A DNA stretch of 64,000 bases. Origin: Elsinoe ampelina (Eukaryota). The stretch lies in assembly GCA_010093995.1 (NCBI GenBank), contig ML992507.1:741576-805575 (forward strand). Direction: 5' to 3'. The position numbers were made by a program, and so were the translations under genes. The notes below the pieces were generated by a model. It searched no databases. It saw nothing but the letters and a program-made list of their open reading frames with translations, and was not told where the DNA came from. This document shows, one piece after another, positions 48,763 through 61,150 of the stretch; the stretch's first letter is position 1; the number at the start of each line of letters is the position of its first letter.

Positions 48763-50295
48763 ATGGCTGAACCTCCCAGCGCATCGGGCGCTTCTCCGTC
48801 ACCAGCAGCGGGCACCAATGCATCAATACCTTCGGGCCCATCCACCTCAGGCGCTGCCGCAGCGGCGGCGGAAGCAGCACCCAAGCAGAATCCCGCCTTG
48901 AAGATGATGGGTAGGTCCTTTTGTCCTTCCCCTTCCTCGGATGCTTATCTCGCCCTACTCCGAGTGACGGGCTCGTAAGATTGATCGCGTTCTACAGGCT
49001 TACCAAACTTCCGCTTCCGACTTCCATCCCGCAACTGGCTCATCTTTCTCACCGTCACTGGTTCTTTCACAGCTGCTGTGCTCTACGACAAGCGCGAGAA
49101 GCGGAAGATACAAGACAAGTGGATCTCGTTAGTATCCCCGCTCAAGGATGAGATTTTAGCACCAAACCAGCTTCCCCGGAAAGTGAAGATCTATGTTCAG
49201 GCGCCTCCGGGGGATGGGCTCACCCCGGCGAGGGAGCTATTCTATGAATACGTCAAGCCGATATTAGTAGCAGGAGGACTAGAGTGGGAAGTAGTAGAGG
49301 GCCGGAGGGAAGGGGACGTTCGGTGGGGTGTTGCGGAGGGAGTCAGAAAGGAGCGGAGACGGAAAGGGGAGGGCTCGGAACAAGAAGAGGAGGACGTGAT
49401 CAGGAATGCGAGGGAGAGAGTAGGCACGAAGGAGTGGGAGGGTGTAGGCGGTGAGCTGGTGATCGGGCGGCATACATGGAAGGAATTCATGCGGGGCCTA
49501 CACGAAGGATGGCTAGGGCCGGTAGACAAGCCCAAGGAGGAGGTACCAGAAGTCATTCCCGAGCCAGCGATGATTGTAGAAGACAAGCCTGGAGACGGAC
49601 ACAGCCACTCCAGTCTCGGCGACGCAACCGTATCCACCCTCGCAGACGTCGTAGACAACGCCTCCTCCTCCTCCGAACAAGCCCAAGCCCCAGTCGCAGA
49701 CCCAGAACCAGAACCAAAAGAGCCCACAGCCGAAGAGAAGGCCGAAGAAGAACGCAAGAAGCGCCTCAAACCCGGCCCTTATAACTCCACCACCGACTAC
49801 CCTTCCGCCTCTCTTCCGCGCTCGTTACCAGCCTCCCTCGGCCCCACCACAGTAATCCAATTCCCCCACCTCATCGGCTTCACCTACACACCGCGGCGAG
49901 TATGGCGCTTCCTCCACCGTCGCGAGCTCGCCGACTCCATCGGCCGGCAAGTAGCCGCTCTAGTCCTCGGGACACAGTACCGATCCTTCGACACGCAAAC
50001 CCCCGCGGACTCACCTGCTTCAGAAGCGCCCTTTGCCACTTATGAGGAGCCCGGCCAAGAACGGAGATCATGGGAACAACAGCGTTTACTGGCACATGAG
50101 GAAGGGGAGTGGCATAAAAGCGTCAAGAGGCGGGTACGGGAAGAGGGGAAAGAGGACGTCTGGCGGGATGAGATGGTCGTGGACGAGAGGATAGTGGGGC
50201 GGATGAGAAAGTTTGAGTTGAGCAGGGAGGACGAGGAGAGGGCGAAGAGGATTGGGAATGGGGAGGTGGAGGTAGGGAGGAAGGAAGAGGAGTAG
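48763..50295 (+). CDS. TIM54: Mitochondrial inner membrane translocase subunit Tim54
   Basis: NPALKMMG|LPNFRFRLPSRNWLIF..YDKRE, PPGDGL...FYEYVKPIL.AGGL, VIGRHTWKEFMRGLHEGWLGP; intron 48911-48997. Confidence 0.92.
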
Positions 50296-50520
50296 ACTGG
50301 CCCAGGCAATAGGTGCGAGGGGATTTTGGGGTCAGAGATTAGAGGCGCATAGGTATGAAGACGAAGTAAGGGCATGATAGCGTTCAGCATTCCCGGCAGG
50401 CATACCGGCGCTAGCCGGCTGTAGGATACCCATGTACAACAAGATAATACCATCGCGGCTCCAGCGCAGTTCTCTCTCCCTTTTTATTCCCTCGTCCATT
50501 CCCCACTCGGCCCCTATTTC

Positions 50521-51617
50521 TCAGTCCCCGCCAGTCATCTCCGCCAACTGACAAGTCCTCAACACAGCACGCTCAATCGCCCGCTTGACCTCCCTCCCCT
50601 CCTCCCACACCTCATGATGCTTCCCCGTCAACTCCATCGTCTCGAACCGCCGATCCCCCATCCGACCAGAGTAATTCCCTTTCTTCTCCACCCACTGCCC
50701 GTACCCTCTACTCTTGAACGTCCGCTCGATAAGGTCAACTTGTTCCCACTCCACCTGCTCGTCATCTCGGCTGTGCGCGATGAGAACATACCGCCCTTCA
50801 GGCCAGGTGGTAGGGGAGTAGTCCCCACTCGTTGGACTGACGGCGGTCCAGACGTCGACGGGCTGCAGGCCGGGAGTAGGGGGTTGGTGGCGGGGACCGA
50901 ATGCGCCGAGGGTGAATTCTTCGTAGATGGGTATGGTGGCGTTGTGGGCTATCAGGGCGGGAAGGTCGTAGATGCCTTCTAGGCCGAGGACGGAGATGGG
51001 TGGGATTGGCAGGGGGGTGGAAGGGGTGGAAGGGGTGCGGGATGGGCCGGTGGGGGTCCAGGTGCGGGACGTGACTACTTGGAGGGCGAGGGTGGCGCCG
51101 CAGGAGTGCCCTGCTAGAATGTAGTTGGAGGTGAAGTGGTAGGTGGTTTGGAGGTGGGAGATGGCGGTGAGGATGTCGTTGATGTGGTCGGGGTGGCGGG
51201 CGTTTCGAGAGGGATGGGCTGGGTCGGAGGGGTAGTCTGGGTGGTCTTGGGGGAATTCGGGGTGAGGTGAGAGGCGATGGTCGATGGAGGCGAGGCCGGA
51301 TAGTTGGGATCGTATACCGGAGGCGAGAATCAGTGATTGGGTTTTGTTGAAGGATGATGCGTTGATGCGTGGATCTCGCCAGGCGCCGCCATGGATGTAT
51401 CTGACACATTGTCAGACCTTGGACATTCTTGAGGTATTGATTTAATAGAATGAGATGGGCGCGTGGCAGCATGCTGAAGGTTTGATACCTACATTACCCA
51501 GAGCTTTTTCGAAGAAGGCTCTTTGTCTATCACGCACACGTTCAGTACGTTCCGGGACGACTTGTCTGAGTACGCAACATCTTCAGTGATCTCTCCTGTA
51601 TTACTCGCTATCGACAT
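50521..51617 (-). CDS. Kynurenine formamidase-like (Bna7-type) alpha/beta-hydrolase
   Basis: Manual translation after intron 51401-51492: IYIHGGAWRDP...SIDHRLSP...ARHPDHIND...LAGHSCGATLA...EGIYDL...AHSRDDEQV...GKHHEVW. One uninterrupted frame, largely missed by the ORF track. Confidence 0.85.
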
Positions 51618-52552
51618 AGTGCAGATGTCTTGTTCTATACTCTTGACATGGAGTTGGATGTGATGGAGGCATGCACGCACTTACTATACCCGATGCGGAC
51701 GGGGATAAGCGCGCGCTTAGCTTCGGGATGGCACGAGGGCAGACGATACTTCTCAATCAATTTGCCCAAAGCATGTGGTAGCGTGTGATCAATGACACAG
51801 CAATCTTCACTATGGCACGAGGTAATTCTTGATGCAAAACCCTGAGTTGGTTCGACTGAGGCAACAAGGCTGGCGGATTTGCGTAGATTGATGCTTGACA
51901 GCGGGACGACGGGATCAAAAGGCAATCGCACAACGGTCGGGCGGGCAAAAGACCACAATATTCATCATAATCCAGGCAGTGCAAACGAATGCTTGGATCC
52001 AGCAGCAGCAAACTTGTCCAAACCCCGTCTTGTCCTTGATTGGTGCCAACACATTCATTCTCCATCTGCAGCGAGGGTGGCAGGGTCTGACATCATCGGT
52101 CTGCTGTGCCCTGCCACGCAATTCTCACCTTTCTACGTAGATTCACTCGGCTGCAGGCAAACTCGACGCACAATTGTCCATCATCATTCTGGCCTGATTT
52201 CGATTGCACTTGCCTTTTGACACTTACAACCTCACCGCACCACACCTCATCCTACAAACAGACCTCTCACATCTTCACGACCATCAGTACACCAAGCTTC
52301 TCAACCTCTGGAACCCTCTCTCCCGCTAGCAACACCCGCCCATCTAATCCCTGGTCCCGCCAAGTGTACCACGGAAAGAGCTCCATTGCAACCCAAAAAA
52401 CCTCACCGCATCTCCTGCGACCTTATCAATAAACACCTCTTCACTCCCTCGTCGACTTCAATTTCTGCGACAGCAACTTCTGTGATTATCCTGGACTGGT
52501 TCCGGATTTCGCGCTTCACTTTTCACCTACCCCGCCTCTGGACCTCTTGACA

Positions 52553-54513
52553 ATGTCCGACTACGACGACGGCCCACGCCGTTACCGCCAAACCCGCACC
52601 CGGGCTCGCGACCCCCGCGACCCCGACTACGTGCAAGAAACAACCTACGTCGAACGTGGAAAAGGTCCGCCTCCAAGAGATCTGGTTTACCGGCATCGTG
52701 ATGACAGTGTCGAAGACATTCCTAGGGATTTTCCTCCTCCTGCCAGTGGAGATCGCTACAGGCGCAGTGGACGAGACTACTACGATGAGCCACCCCGCAG
52801 AGCCCGCAGCGCAGTAGGCAGGTCTCGTCGCTACGACGACGACTACGACTATGATATTCCTGCTGCCGCTGGCGCTGCTGGATATGCTGCTGGTCGCCAA
52901 CGCGAACGTCGTCGACACAAAGAATACGATCGCGACTATGATTCCGACTCTCCTTCTCCTCACCGCCGTCGCGACCGTCGCAAGTCCGGTGTTGGTGAGG
53001 TTCTCGAAGGATTGGGTCTGGGTGGTGTCGCAGGCGCACTCCTCGGAGGCGGCAAGAATCGTTCCCGCAGTCGCAGCCGCGATCGTCACCGAGATAGCGA
53101 CAGAGACTACCGCCGCGATAGCGCCCGTCACCGCAGACACTCCAGCTCGTCTAGCAGATCTAGCAGAAGCCGTTCTCGATCTGGCAAAGGCGGCAAGACT
53201 GAGCGCAAATGGGCTCAAGCTGCACAAGCTGCTCTTGTCGCTGGCGCAGTCGAGGCCTTCCGATCACGCAAAGAGCCAGGACCATGGACCGGAGAGAAAG
53301 GCCGTCGCATTGCAACAGCTGCTCTCGGAGCTGGTGGAATAGACGGTCTGGTCGATCGCGACCCTGATCAAAAGTCGAAGCGCCATCTTGCTGAAGCCGT
53401 CATCGGCGGTCTCGGCGCGAATCGTCTTGTCAACGGTCCTCGCAATCAAAGTGTCGGCCCAGATGGACGCGCAAGATCTCGTAGTCGATCTCGTTCCATC
53501 TTCGGTCGATCCATGTCTCGTGGTCGAGGAAAGGATGATCAAGGCGGCGGCGGCAGTGGCGGTGCTCTGAAAGACTTGGCGGCCGGAGGAGCACTTGCCG
53601 CTGCTGGTAAAGCCATCTATGACCGTGTGAGGTCAAAGTCGCGCCGTAGGAGATCTCCATCTACGAGCTCGAATGATTCGTATGAACCCCCATCACGAAA
53701 TCGTCACCCAAGAGGTGGCAGGAGAGACGACAATCGCTCACGCCTTTCAGATACTACGACCGAAGGCGGCCGCGGCAGAAACCAGCGCGGTCTTGATGCT
53801 CTTCCTGCCGCTGGTGGTGCTGCTGCCGGCGCTGGTGTTGGAGCAATGGCCAGGAATGGAGGAACTTCGATGAGGACTCGAAGTCTTTCGTCAAGTTCTT
53901 CTTCCAGCGACATGGAGGATGTTGAGAAAGCTCGCAAGCATATGCGAGGGAAGGAGCTTCTGACTGCTGGACTTGCAACCATCGCCACGATTCACGCCGC
54001 TCATGGTGTCTACTCCAGTATGGAAGCCCACGAGAAACGTCACAAGCTGGTCGCCGAGGGTGAGATGACTCCGCAAGAAGCGAAGAAGAAGCAGACAAAG
54101 GCTTGGGTTCAGGATGCTGCTGCAGTCGGTATTGCCTCTCTAGGTATCAAGGGAGCATTCAGCGAGTGGAAGGAAATGAACGAGCACAGGTTTGTGACCA
54201 ACCCCGTCTAGCATGACTCTGCTAACAATTGCACAGGAAGGAAATTCATGAGCTGCAGAAGCGTAAACGCGAAAAGGCTAAGCGCCGAGAGAAGCGTGAA
54301 AAGGCCAAGGAGCGCAACCAGCAGATGCGAATGATGCAGATGTATAACCCGATGATGATGGGAGGTGGTATGCCAATGGGTGGTATGAACGGGATGAACG
54401 GCATGGGTGGTCAAATGCCATACCAGCAGCAGATGTACCAGCCGGAGCAGGGCATGTATCAGGACCAGAACATTCCTCCACCACCATCCGGCCCACCACC
54501 ACAGAGGTACTAG
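52553..54513 (+). CDS. Arg/Ser-rich fungal protein, DUF3824-like
   Basis: AAQAALVAGAVEAFRSRKEPGPWTGEKGRRIATAALGAGG, ELLTAGLATIATIHAAH; intron 54190-54236; Met/Gly/Pro-rich tail. Confidence 0.75.
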
Positions 54514-55585
54514 GACACCGAGTGGCAAACAAGAGGCACTCCGCATTCACCCCACCACCACCAACCAAAACCTCACCACCCAACCCGAAACCACTACACC
54601 TACGGCAACCTCGAGAAAGAAAACCACGCCGACCTCGAACACGAGGCCCACGATCTCATCGCCGACGACCTCGACTAAGCCCATCATCATTGACGACAGC
54701 ATCACGAACAGCATCACAGCATCTCAAGCATAAGCATCAGTAAACACCAACAAAGCGCCTCCTTTGATCGAATAGCATAAGCGACTTCTCTCTCGGCTCG
54801 GACGCACGAGTAGCAGCGGAACAGCGCGGCATAGCAGACATGACCCCAGATAGCATGGAGGACAAATTGACGACCATGGAAGTAGCCTTGCCTGATGAGT
54901 TCGAGGGGAGAGGCACTGAGGGGAAGCAGGAGTGCTTGACGATCCTGTAGTATAGGAAAACCCAAATGGTAGTAACGACAATGCATGATCAGACTACCTC
55001 CTTCGTCCGTGACTGTGCATCTATGAGTGGGGAGGGGGTTGGGTGTGAGAGCGGACAATGGTAAGGACACGTGAAGTCGTCGAGTGTGTATTCAGGTCCG
55101 CTGCATCTACTTTTATGTCCTTCCCTACGCTATGCACCATCCTCAGTCTCGACCGCCGCCAGACAGCAAGACACCCCCCACCCACTCTCCAGCACCGACT
55201 CACGAGTCGTCACCCCTGTCTCGCCGCCTGCCACACGCCCCACCCGGGCGTCGAACCGTGAAAGGATACATACTCCTCCCCAGGCGCAGAGCATCCCACC
55301 TACGCCCCGTCACCCCCGTCAAGCCTCCATCGCGAACGAGACCGGCATGCATCTCGCTCGGCTAACATGGACACCCCTGGCGTCCAGTCGTTATCTGTAC
55401 GCCGCTTCGTCAACGGCGGTGTCGGCTTCGACGGCTAGTCTTGATATCACGCATGGTCATGTCATCTGTGCACGCCGCTGCTACTACCCACCCCACCCCC
55501 TCTTGGACTCACTTTGAGCGCGCCGTCTGTGGATGCTTTCCCTCGGGTAAGACGCCGTCTGGCGCAGACTGTCATGGGTAAAAGA

Positions 55586-58043
55586 TCATGCTTTGACTTC
55601 CTCTAATCCCTCCTTCAGCACTTTCTGTACCTCCTCCGGTAATCCCTCGGCGGCGTCCACGGCTTTTTGGATCCGTGTCTTGTATTCGCCCAGCGCAGCG
55701 TGCGATGGATCGAGTTTCTGGAGTGCCAGGAGGGATTTGAGAGCCAGTAGGGGTTTGCCTATCAATTGTCAGTCTTCGTCCTTGAGAGACATCGCAAGTG
55801 CACGTCGTCCACCGGACCCATCGGCCTTGAGAGCCGCGGGCCTCACTTCAGGCCAAGACACCAGCTCAGTGCAGGCAGAGGTACTGCTCCCGGTCCAGAC
55901 CAGGCACAACATTCCCCCAACCCATCGTGCATACCGGCATGGAAACCCAAGAAAGAGAAAGAAAAGGCAAACTCACCCCTCCGCAACCCCACCTCCACCC
56001 CCCACCCCTGCCCCTCCTTCACCTCAGGCGCCACCTCCAACACCCACCCCAAAAACCGCATCGCCTCCCCCAACGGCTCCTTGGTCCCCACCAACTCCTT
56101 CCCCTCGGGATCCGGATCCTCCTTCCTCCCCTCCTCCTCATCCTTCTTTCCCCCCTTAGCCGCCTCCCTCGCCCTCCTCTCCGCCTCCAGCTTCTCCGCC
56201 TCCTTGCGCTTCTTGACCGCCGCCTTCTTGTCCTCGGCACTGGAACCGTTCGCGCGCGGGCCAGCGAGGGACGGGTCGTCGTGCAGCGCCACGTAGATGT
56301 CCACGGCGGCGAGGGCGGCGCGGACGTAAAACGGGTGCGAACGCAGACGGTCTTCCCATTTGATCATGTCCATGTACGCGGCGATCATGCCTTTGCGCAA
56401 CGAGAAGGAGTGGAAGTCGAATTGGTCTTCGGTCCATGTGTCGAAGATGTCGTGGATGCTGCGGAAGCGCTTCAGGGCGAGGCCGTAGTTGCGCTGCCGT
56501 TGGTGGGAGCGGCCGTCTTCGTAGAGGAACCACATGCATTGCATGTCGAAGAGGTCGCCTAGGGGTCCGCCTGTTGCGTCTTTCCGGGTGAAGAGGGACA
56601 TGGTTTCGAGGGCCTGGGCGTTTTGGTCGGCGCGGAGTTGGTATTTAGCGCTTTTGGTGTTGATGTACCGGTCTTTGAGGTCCATTTCGCGGGCGGCGTT
56701 CATGGTGGTCGAGGCGAGGGCGATGTCACCGGCGTGTTTGTGGATGCGGGCTTTGTGCATGGTGTAGGTGTATTCTGTGGGGGAGGTGGAGAGGGTGATG
56801 CATTGGTCGATGTACTCGTGGGCTTTGGGAAGGTCCCGCGAGAGGTGGTAGTTGTAGTGTTGGGCGAGGAAGAAGAGGACAGAGATGCGCCAGGGAGAGG
56901 TTTTGTTGCCGTTCGTTTGCGCTGGAGGATCTTCGGACTCGTATGACTTGACAAGGTCGAAGATGATCTGCTTCTTCGACTCGTCTTGGTAGAGAGCTTT
57001 GATGTTGGCGAAGGTTGAGGGCACACCTTTCGATAACATCCGTCGGAGGTATGCGTCGGCCGTGGTCTTGAACTCGTCGCCTGTCAAAAAGTCCAGAGGT
57101 ATCCGTCTCGGCGCATCCAGTCTCTCGCTCTTATCCGCATATCCCTTGTATAGCTCGACCAACTTCTTGCTATCCTCCTCCTTACTCCGATCCAGTTTCA
57201 ACGTCTCCTCCAATCCAGCATAATACTCCCTACTCTCCATATTCCTCCCCAACAACTTCCTCCACGCCCTCTCGGCCTTGTCCTGCTGCCCCAAATCAGT
57301 CAAATACTTGGCCTTCAACTCCATCACCATCGCCCTATCAGGATGATTCTTGTATATCGACTCCAAATGCTCCAACGCCCTCTTACTATCCCCCTGCTCA
57401 GCAATCACCAAATTCTTATACACCGTCGCCCCGGCATGCTCCAAATCACTCCTCCCCGGCGTCCCCTTGAGCGTCCCCTCAAACGTCGTCAACGTAGTCT
57501 CGGCCCCTCCCAGATCCCCACTGAGATGCTGCGCAATCGCCATCGCCGTCCAATTCTGCCTCACCCCGGGCCGAGCCTGCAACATGGCCTTCCGACTCGC
57601 CACGAAACCGGGAAAGTCTCGCATCTGCACCTGCAAGAGAGCCAGGTCACGCTGGATCTGCACGCTGTCCGGGTCCAGCCTGAGCGCAAACTTGTAGGCT
57701 TTTATGGCTTCTTCGTAGTTTTTCACGGAGCGGTAGAGGAGGCCGTAGACGTGCCAGCATACGTGGGATTTCATGGCGTGTTTCAGGGCGAGTTTGGCGA
57801 GGTCAAAGGCTTCTGTGGAGCGGCCTTGGGAGTTGATGATGAGGGCTTTCATGGCGAGGGTGTCGCCGTGATCGGGGTGCTTTTTGAGGATTTGGTCGGC
57901 GACTTTGAGGCCTGGGAAGGGGTCAGATGGGGGATGAGTGGGGGCATTGTGAGGGAGGTACCTTTCTTGTACTGCTTGTTCTCGTAGAGCTGGACTACTT
58001 GTCGGAAGAGTCCTTGCTCTTTGCTCGGTATTGGTTTCGACAT
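55586..58043 (-). CDS. NAT1: NatA N-terminal acetyltransferase auxiliary subunit (Nat1/NAA15), TPR protein
   Basis: LFRQVVQLYENKQYKKG|LKVADQILKKHPDHGDTLAMKAL, SHVCWHVYGLLYR, DRYINTKSAKYQLR, DQFDFHSFSLRKG, DPDPEG; introns 57912-57961 and ~55759-55976. Confidence 0.93.
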
Positions 58044-58496
58044 GGTGAAGTCGGTGGTGGCGTGGACTCGGGGAATCCGACTGATCGCTGTGTGGATATA
58101 GTTTCTGAGATTCACCCGAGTGGGTCGTTAGGTGAAAGTTCGGGAGTGATCGTATAACCGTGTGGTGAGACAAGCCAATGCCTCAACTCAGTAGAGGTGG
58201 TAGGTGGTGAAGTGGTCAACTCGACAGCTCCGGACTTTTCGCAAGTGGGCCGAAGTTGATGCCAAGATTTGACAGCTTCATTTAGGCATAAACACAATTG
58301 CTCACTGACAATGTTGAAATCACACTCGACGCCGAGTCGCACTCTAAGAATCCATGATGAGGTAGATATCAGGTCCTATTATTGATACATGTCACCATCC
58401 AACCCAAACACCTTGCTATCCAAGCCTATATGTATCCCTCATTTCCCAGGTACCAGTTTCATCACCGAGATCCATCTCATGCCATGCTCCAGGCAT

Positions 58497-60479
58497 CTAA
58501 CCCTGACTACTAGTCCGACTCAGCGTTCCGATCTCGTTTCCTCTGCCTTCTCTCCTCAAGTACTCGTGGTACAGCTTCTCACTTGTGAAGTTTCTCGCTG
58601 ACCTGTTTGCCACGCTACTTGCAGCCGGACTTTGGGGCCTCCCACCGTCAATGCTGAGCCTGCTCAACTGACCAGTGACTTGCTCCTTCTCAACCATGAC
58701 AATCATCCAGACGCCGACTTTATCGTCGCTACCCATGAGTGGTGTACAATGGATCCATCGCTGTCTTGCTTCACCTTGTCTCCCGTCGTTGCCTGCAAGA
58801 GGCAGCCAGTTGATCTTTGCAGTGACAGATGTGCCGTGGGACATGGCGTCAAGGATACCTTCACGGACATGAGGCGGGCCACCGATCCGTTCGAGAAACT
58901 TGGTCTGAAGCAGACCGGGGATGCGAAGCGCCGGAGATGTAAATGTGATGCGCAGGGATGGGAATGGGCGGACCAGCAAGTAGTTCTGGTATACACCTGG
59001 TAGTCGACCAGATGGGCCAAATGAGCGATCTGGCCAGAGTGCACGTTCAGGTGGTGCCTCGTCATCCATGCCTAGAATGCGTCGACCGTTGCGGCTTTGA
59101 CGAGGGACAGGCGTGGCGGAGCGCGACTCCTCGGTGATTCCCATAGTAGCATTGCGAAGGGTGGACAGCTCGTCGTTGGAAAGCATAGCCGAAAGCTCCG
59201 CTAATATCTCAGCTGGGCGTCTGCTTTGACGATGACCCATACGTGAGTCGACTCTGTCTTTTGACAAGAGTTGAGAGAAGGACTCGAAGCCACGACCGTC
59301 CTCGATCAAAGACGAGACATCGATCTGACATCCGATGAAGTAGCGGACTGTGCCCTTGTTGTCGTAGAGAGGAGCAATCATGAGGAGATTGAGGAATGGT
59401 GTGCCATCACGACGACTGCCAAAATTAGCTTGCATCGCTCATCAGGGGGTGAGTGCATACTAATTCAGAATAGTTTCTGTGCATTCCTGACCAGCTCGCA
59501 GCGCGTCTATCATGCGAGTGATGGAGACATCGGCTGTCTTTGGTCCTTGCAAGAATCTGCAATTGCGTCCAATGACATAGTCTTTGCCGTATTGAGAAGT
59601 TGCATAGAATTCTGTAGCTCATATCAGCATCTTCCGAGTCGAGATCATGTGGTTAGACTGACCTTCAGAGGCGTATACAATAGGATTGTCGGGTAACGAT
59701 GGATCAGTCACACAGTAGACCTCTGCCAAACTAGGAATCATTTCCCTCATGAGCGGCGTACCCTGACCAGTGATCTCTTTGACGAGGGTATCGGTCACGA
59801 TCTGCACTAGTCTATGGGTGACGTAGCCGGGAAGTGCTTCACCGACGAGGTCATCGTTGGTTCCCTGAGCGCGTTGGTAGAAATGGTCATCCAGAGTGGC
59901 GGCAGTCATGTGCTGCCCCTTGTGGGCTGGTAGACTTTCAGCGACGGCATTAGCGTACTCTACCGCGGCGACGGCCTTTTGAGTGCTGAGGTAGTCGGTG
60001 AGGAGTGGTACGAGATTCGGTTTGTATTGTTGGAGGAATGATAGGAATTGACGTGAATGCTTCGGGTCCCGAAGAATAATGTTGAGATGGTCGGCACTGA
60101 AGAATCGTACAGAAAGGTCTTCGACGTTTGCGTGAGCATTTTTAGGTGGAGGCGGTTTGAGGTCGTATGATCCAACATCATCCTGGCCAGCTCGTCCGTT
60201 TTGGAGTACGGTATTATCTTGCGCTTCGAAAACATCATCCTGGTCTTGAGCACCAAAAACCGACTCGGGCGACATTGCTCCCAACCGCGACTCGGCGTCA
60301 GGCGGAGCCCCGAAAGGGGCAGCAGGCATGGTGGGAATAGCTTTCAACTCAGGTTGATCAGGCACGAGTTGCGAGTGACTCCAGGCGGAAGAAGGTCTGT
60401 TGAGAGCAGGAGTGACAGATCTGTATGAATTCGGAGGAGGTTTCGGTCTTTGACTAGAGCCTCTGGATGCGTCACCCAT
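58497..60479 (-). CDS. RGS-LOV type blue-light photoreceptor (RGS-like helical domain + LOV + C-terminal domain)
   Basis: VTDPSLPDNPIVYASE|EFY...VIGRNCRFLQGPKT...ETILNY|RRDGTPFLNLLMIAPL...FIGCQID; introns 59612-59662 and 59416-59460; upstream FFSADHLNIILRDP helical region. Confidence 0.88.
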
Positions 60480-61150
60480 TGTCCGAAGCTCTCCACAGTT
60501 TCTGCTGTAGATGTCGATTGGCGATCAATATCGTAGCGTTAGCTTCCGAGATGGCCCAGATCGGCCCAGAGTTTTGAGATCTGGTGGGCTGTGATGCTCA
60601 GGTACGCGAAACATTTGCGTATAGGAAGATGGGGGGGAGCAAGGGATAGGAATAAAATTTAGAGGTGGATGTCGTCCAGTAGTGGACACGACAGCGGATT
60701 CTTCGTTCATCGTGAGATGGTATCGCTTGCAAGCAGTGGCTTGACAAGGATCAATGCCAACGAGCGGGAAAGAGCTGCCCCATGTCGAGTTGAGCAAGTG
60801 CAGCGACTCGCAGCGAGTAAATTGACAGCTGGGCGAGCTGAACCAAAGATCTCTAGCAGATCCGTGCTGCATCAACGGGAGCAAAAAAGCAGCACGCATT
60901 TTTCTCGTCGACGTCATGCGGCGTCTGTAGGTAGGCCCCCCGGTTCCGAGCCGCAAAAATCAGACTTGAAGATCGATCATCTTGGATCGACAAGGTCCAG
61001 GTCGTTGGGATTCGTGAATTGCTGTTCTGATAATTTCTGAATTATCATCTCTATCCTCGCAAAGTAATAGACACTACCTCCCATGGCATTTGGGTATATC
61101 CAATGACTCCTCGCTTAAACCACATCCAACCGTAAACGTACAAATATATA

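Noticed and set aside
50798..51472. 224-aa Pro/Arg/His-rich ORF (and similar ORFs at 43417-44262 and 55927-56562)
   Set aside because: Shadow frames created by the C/G skew over real genes in another frame or strand.
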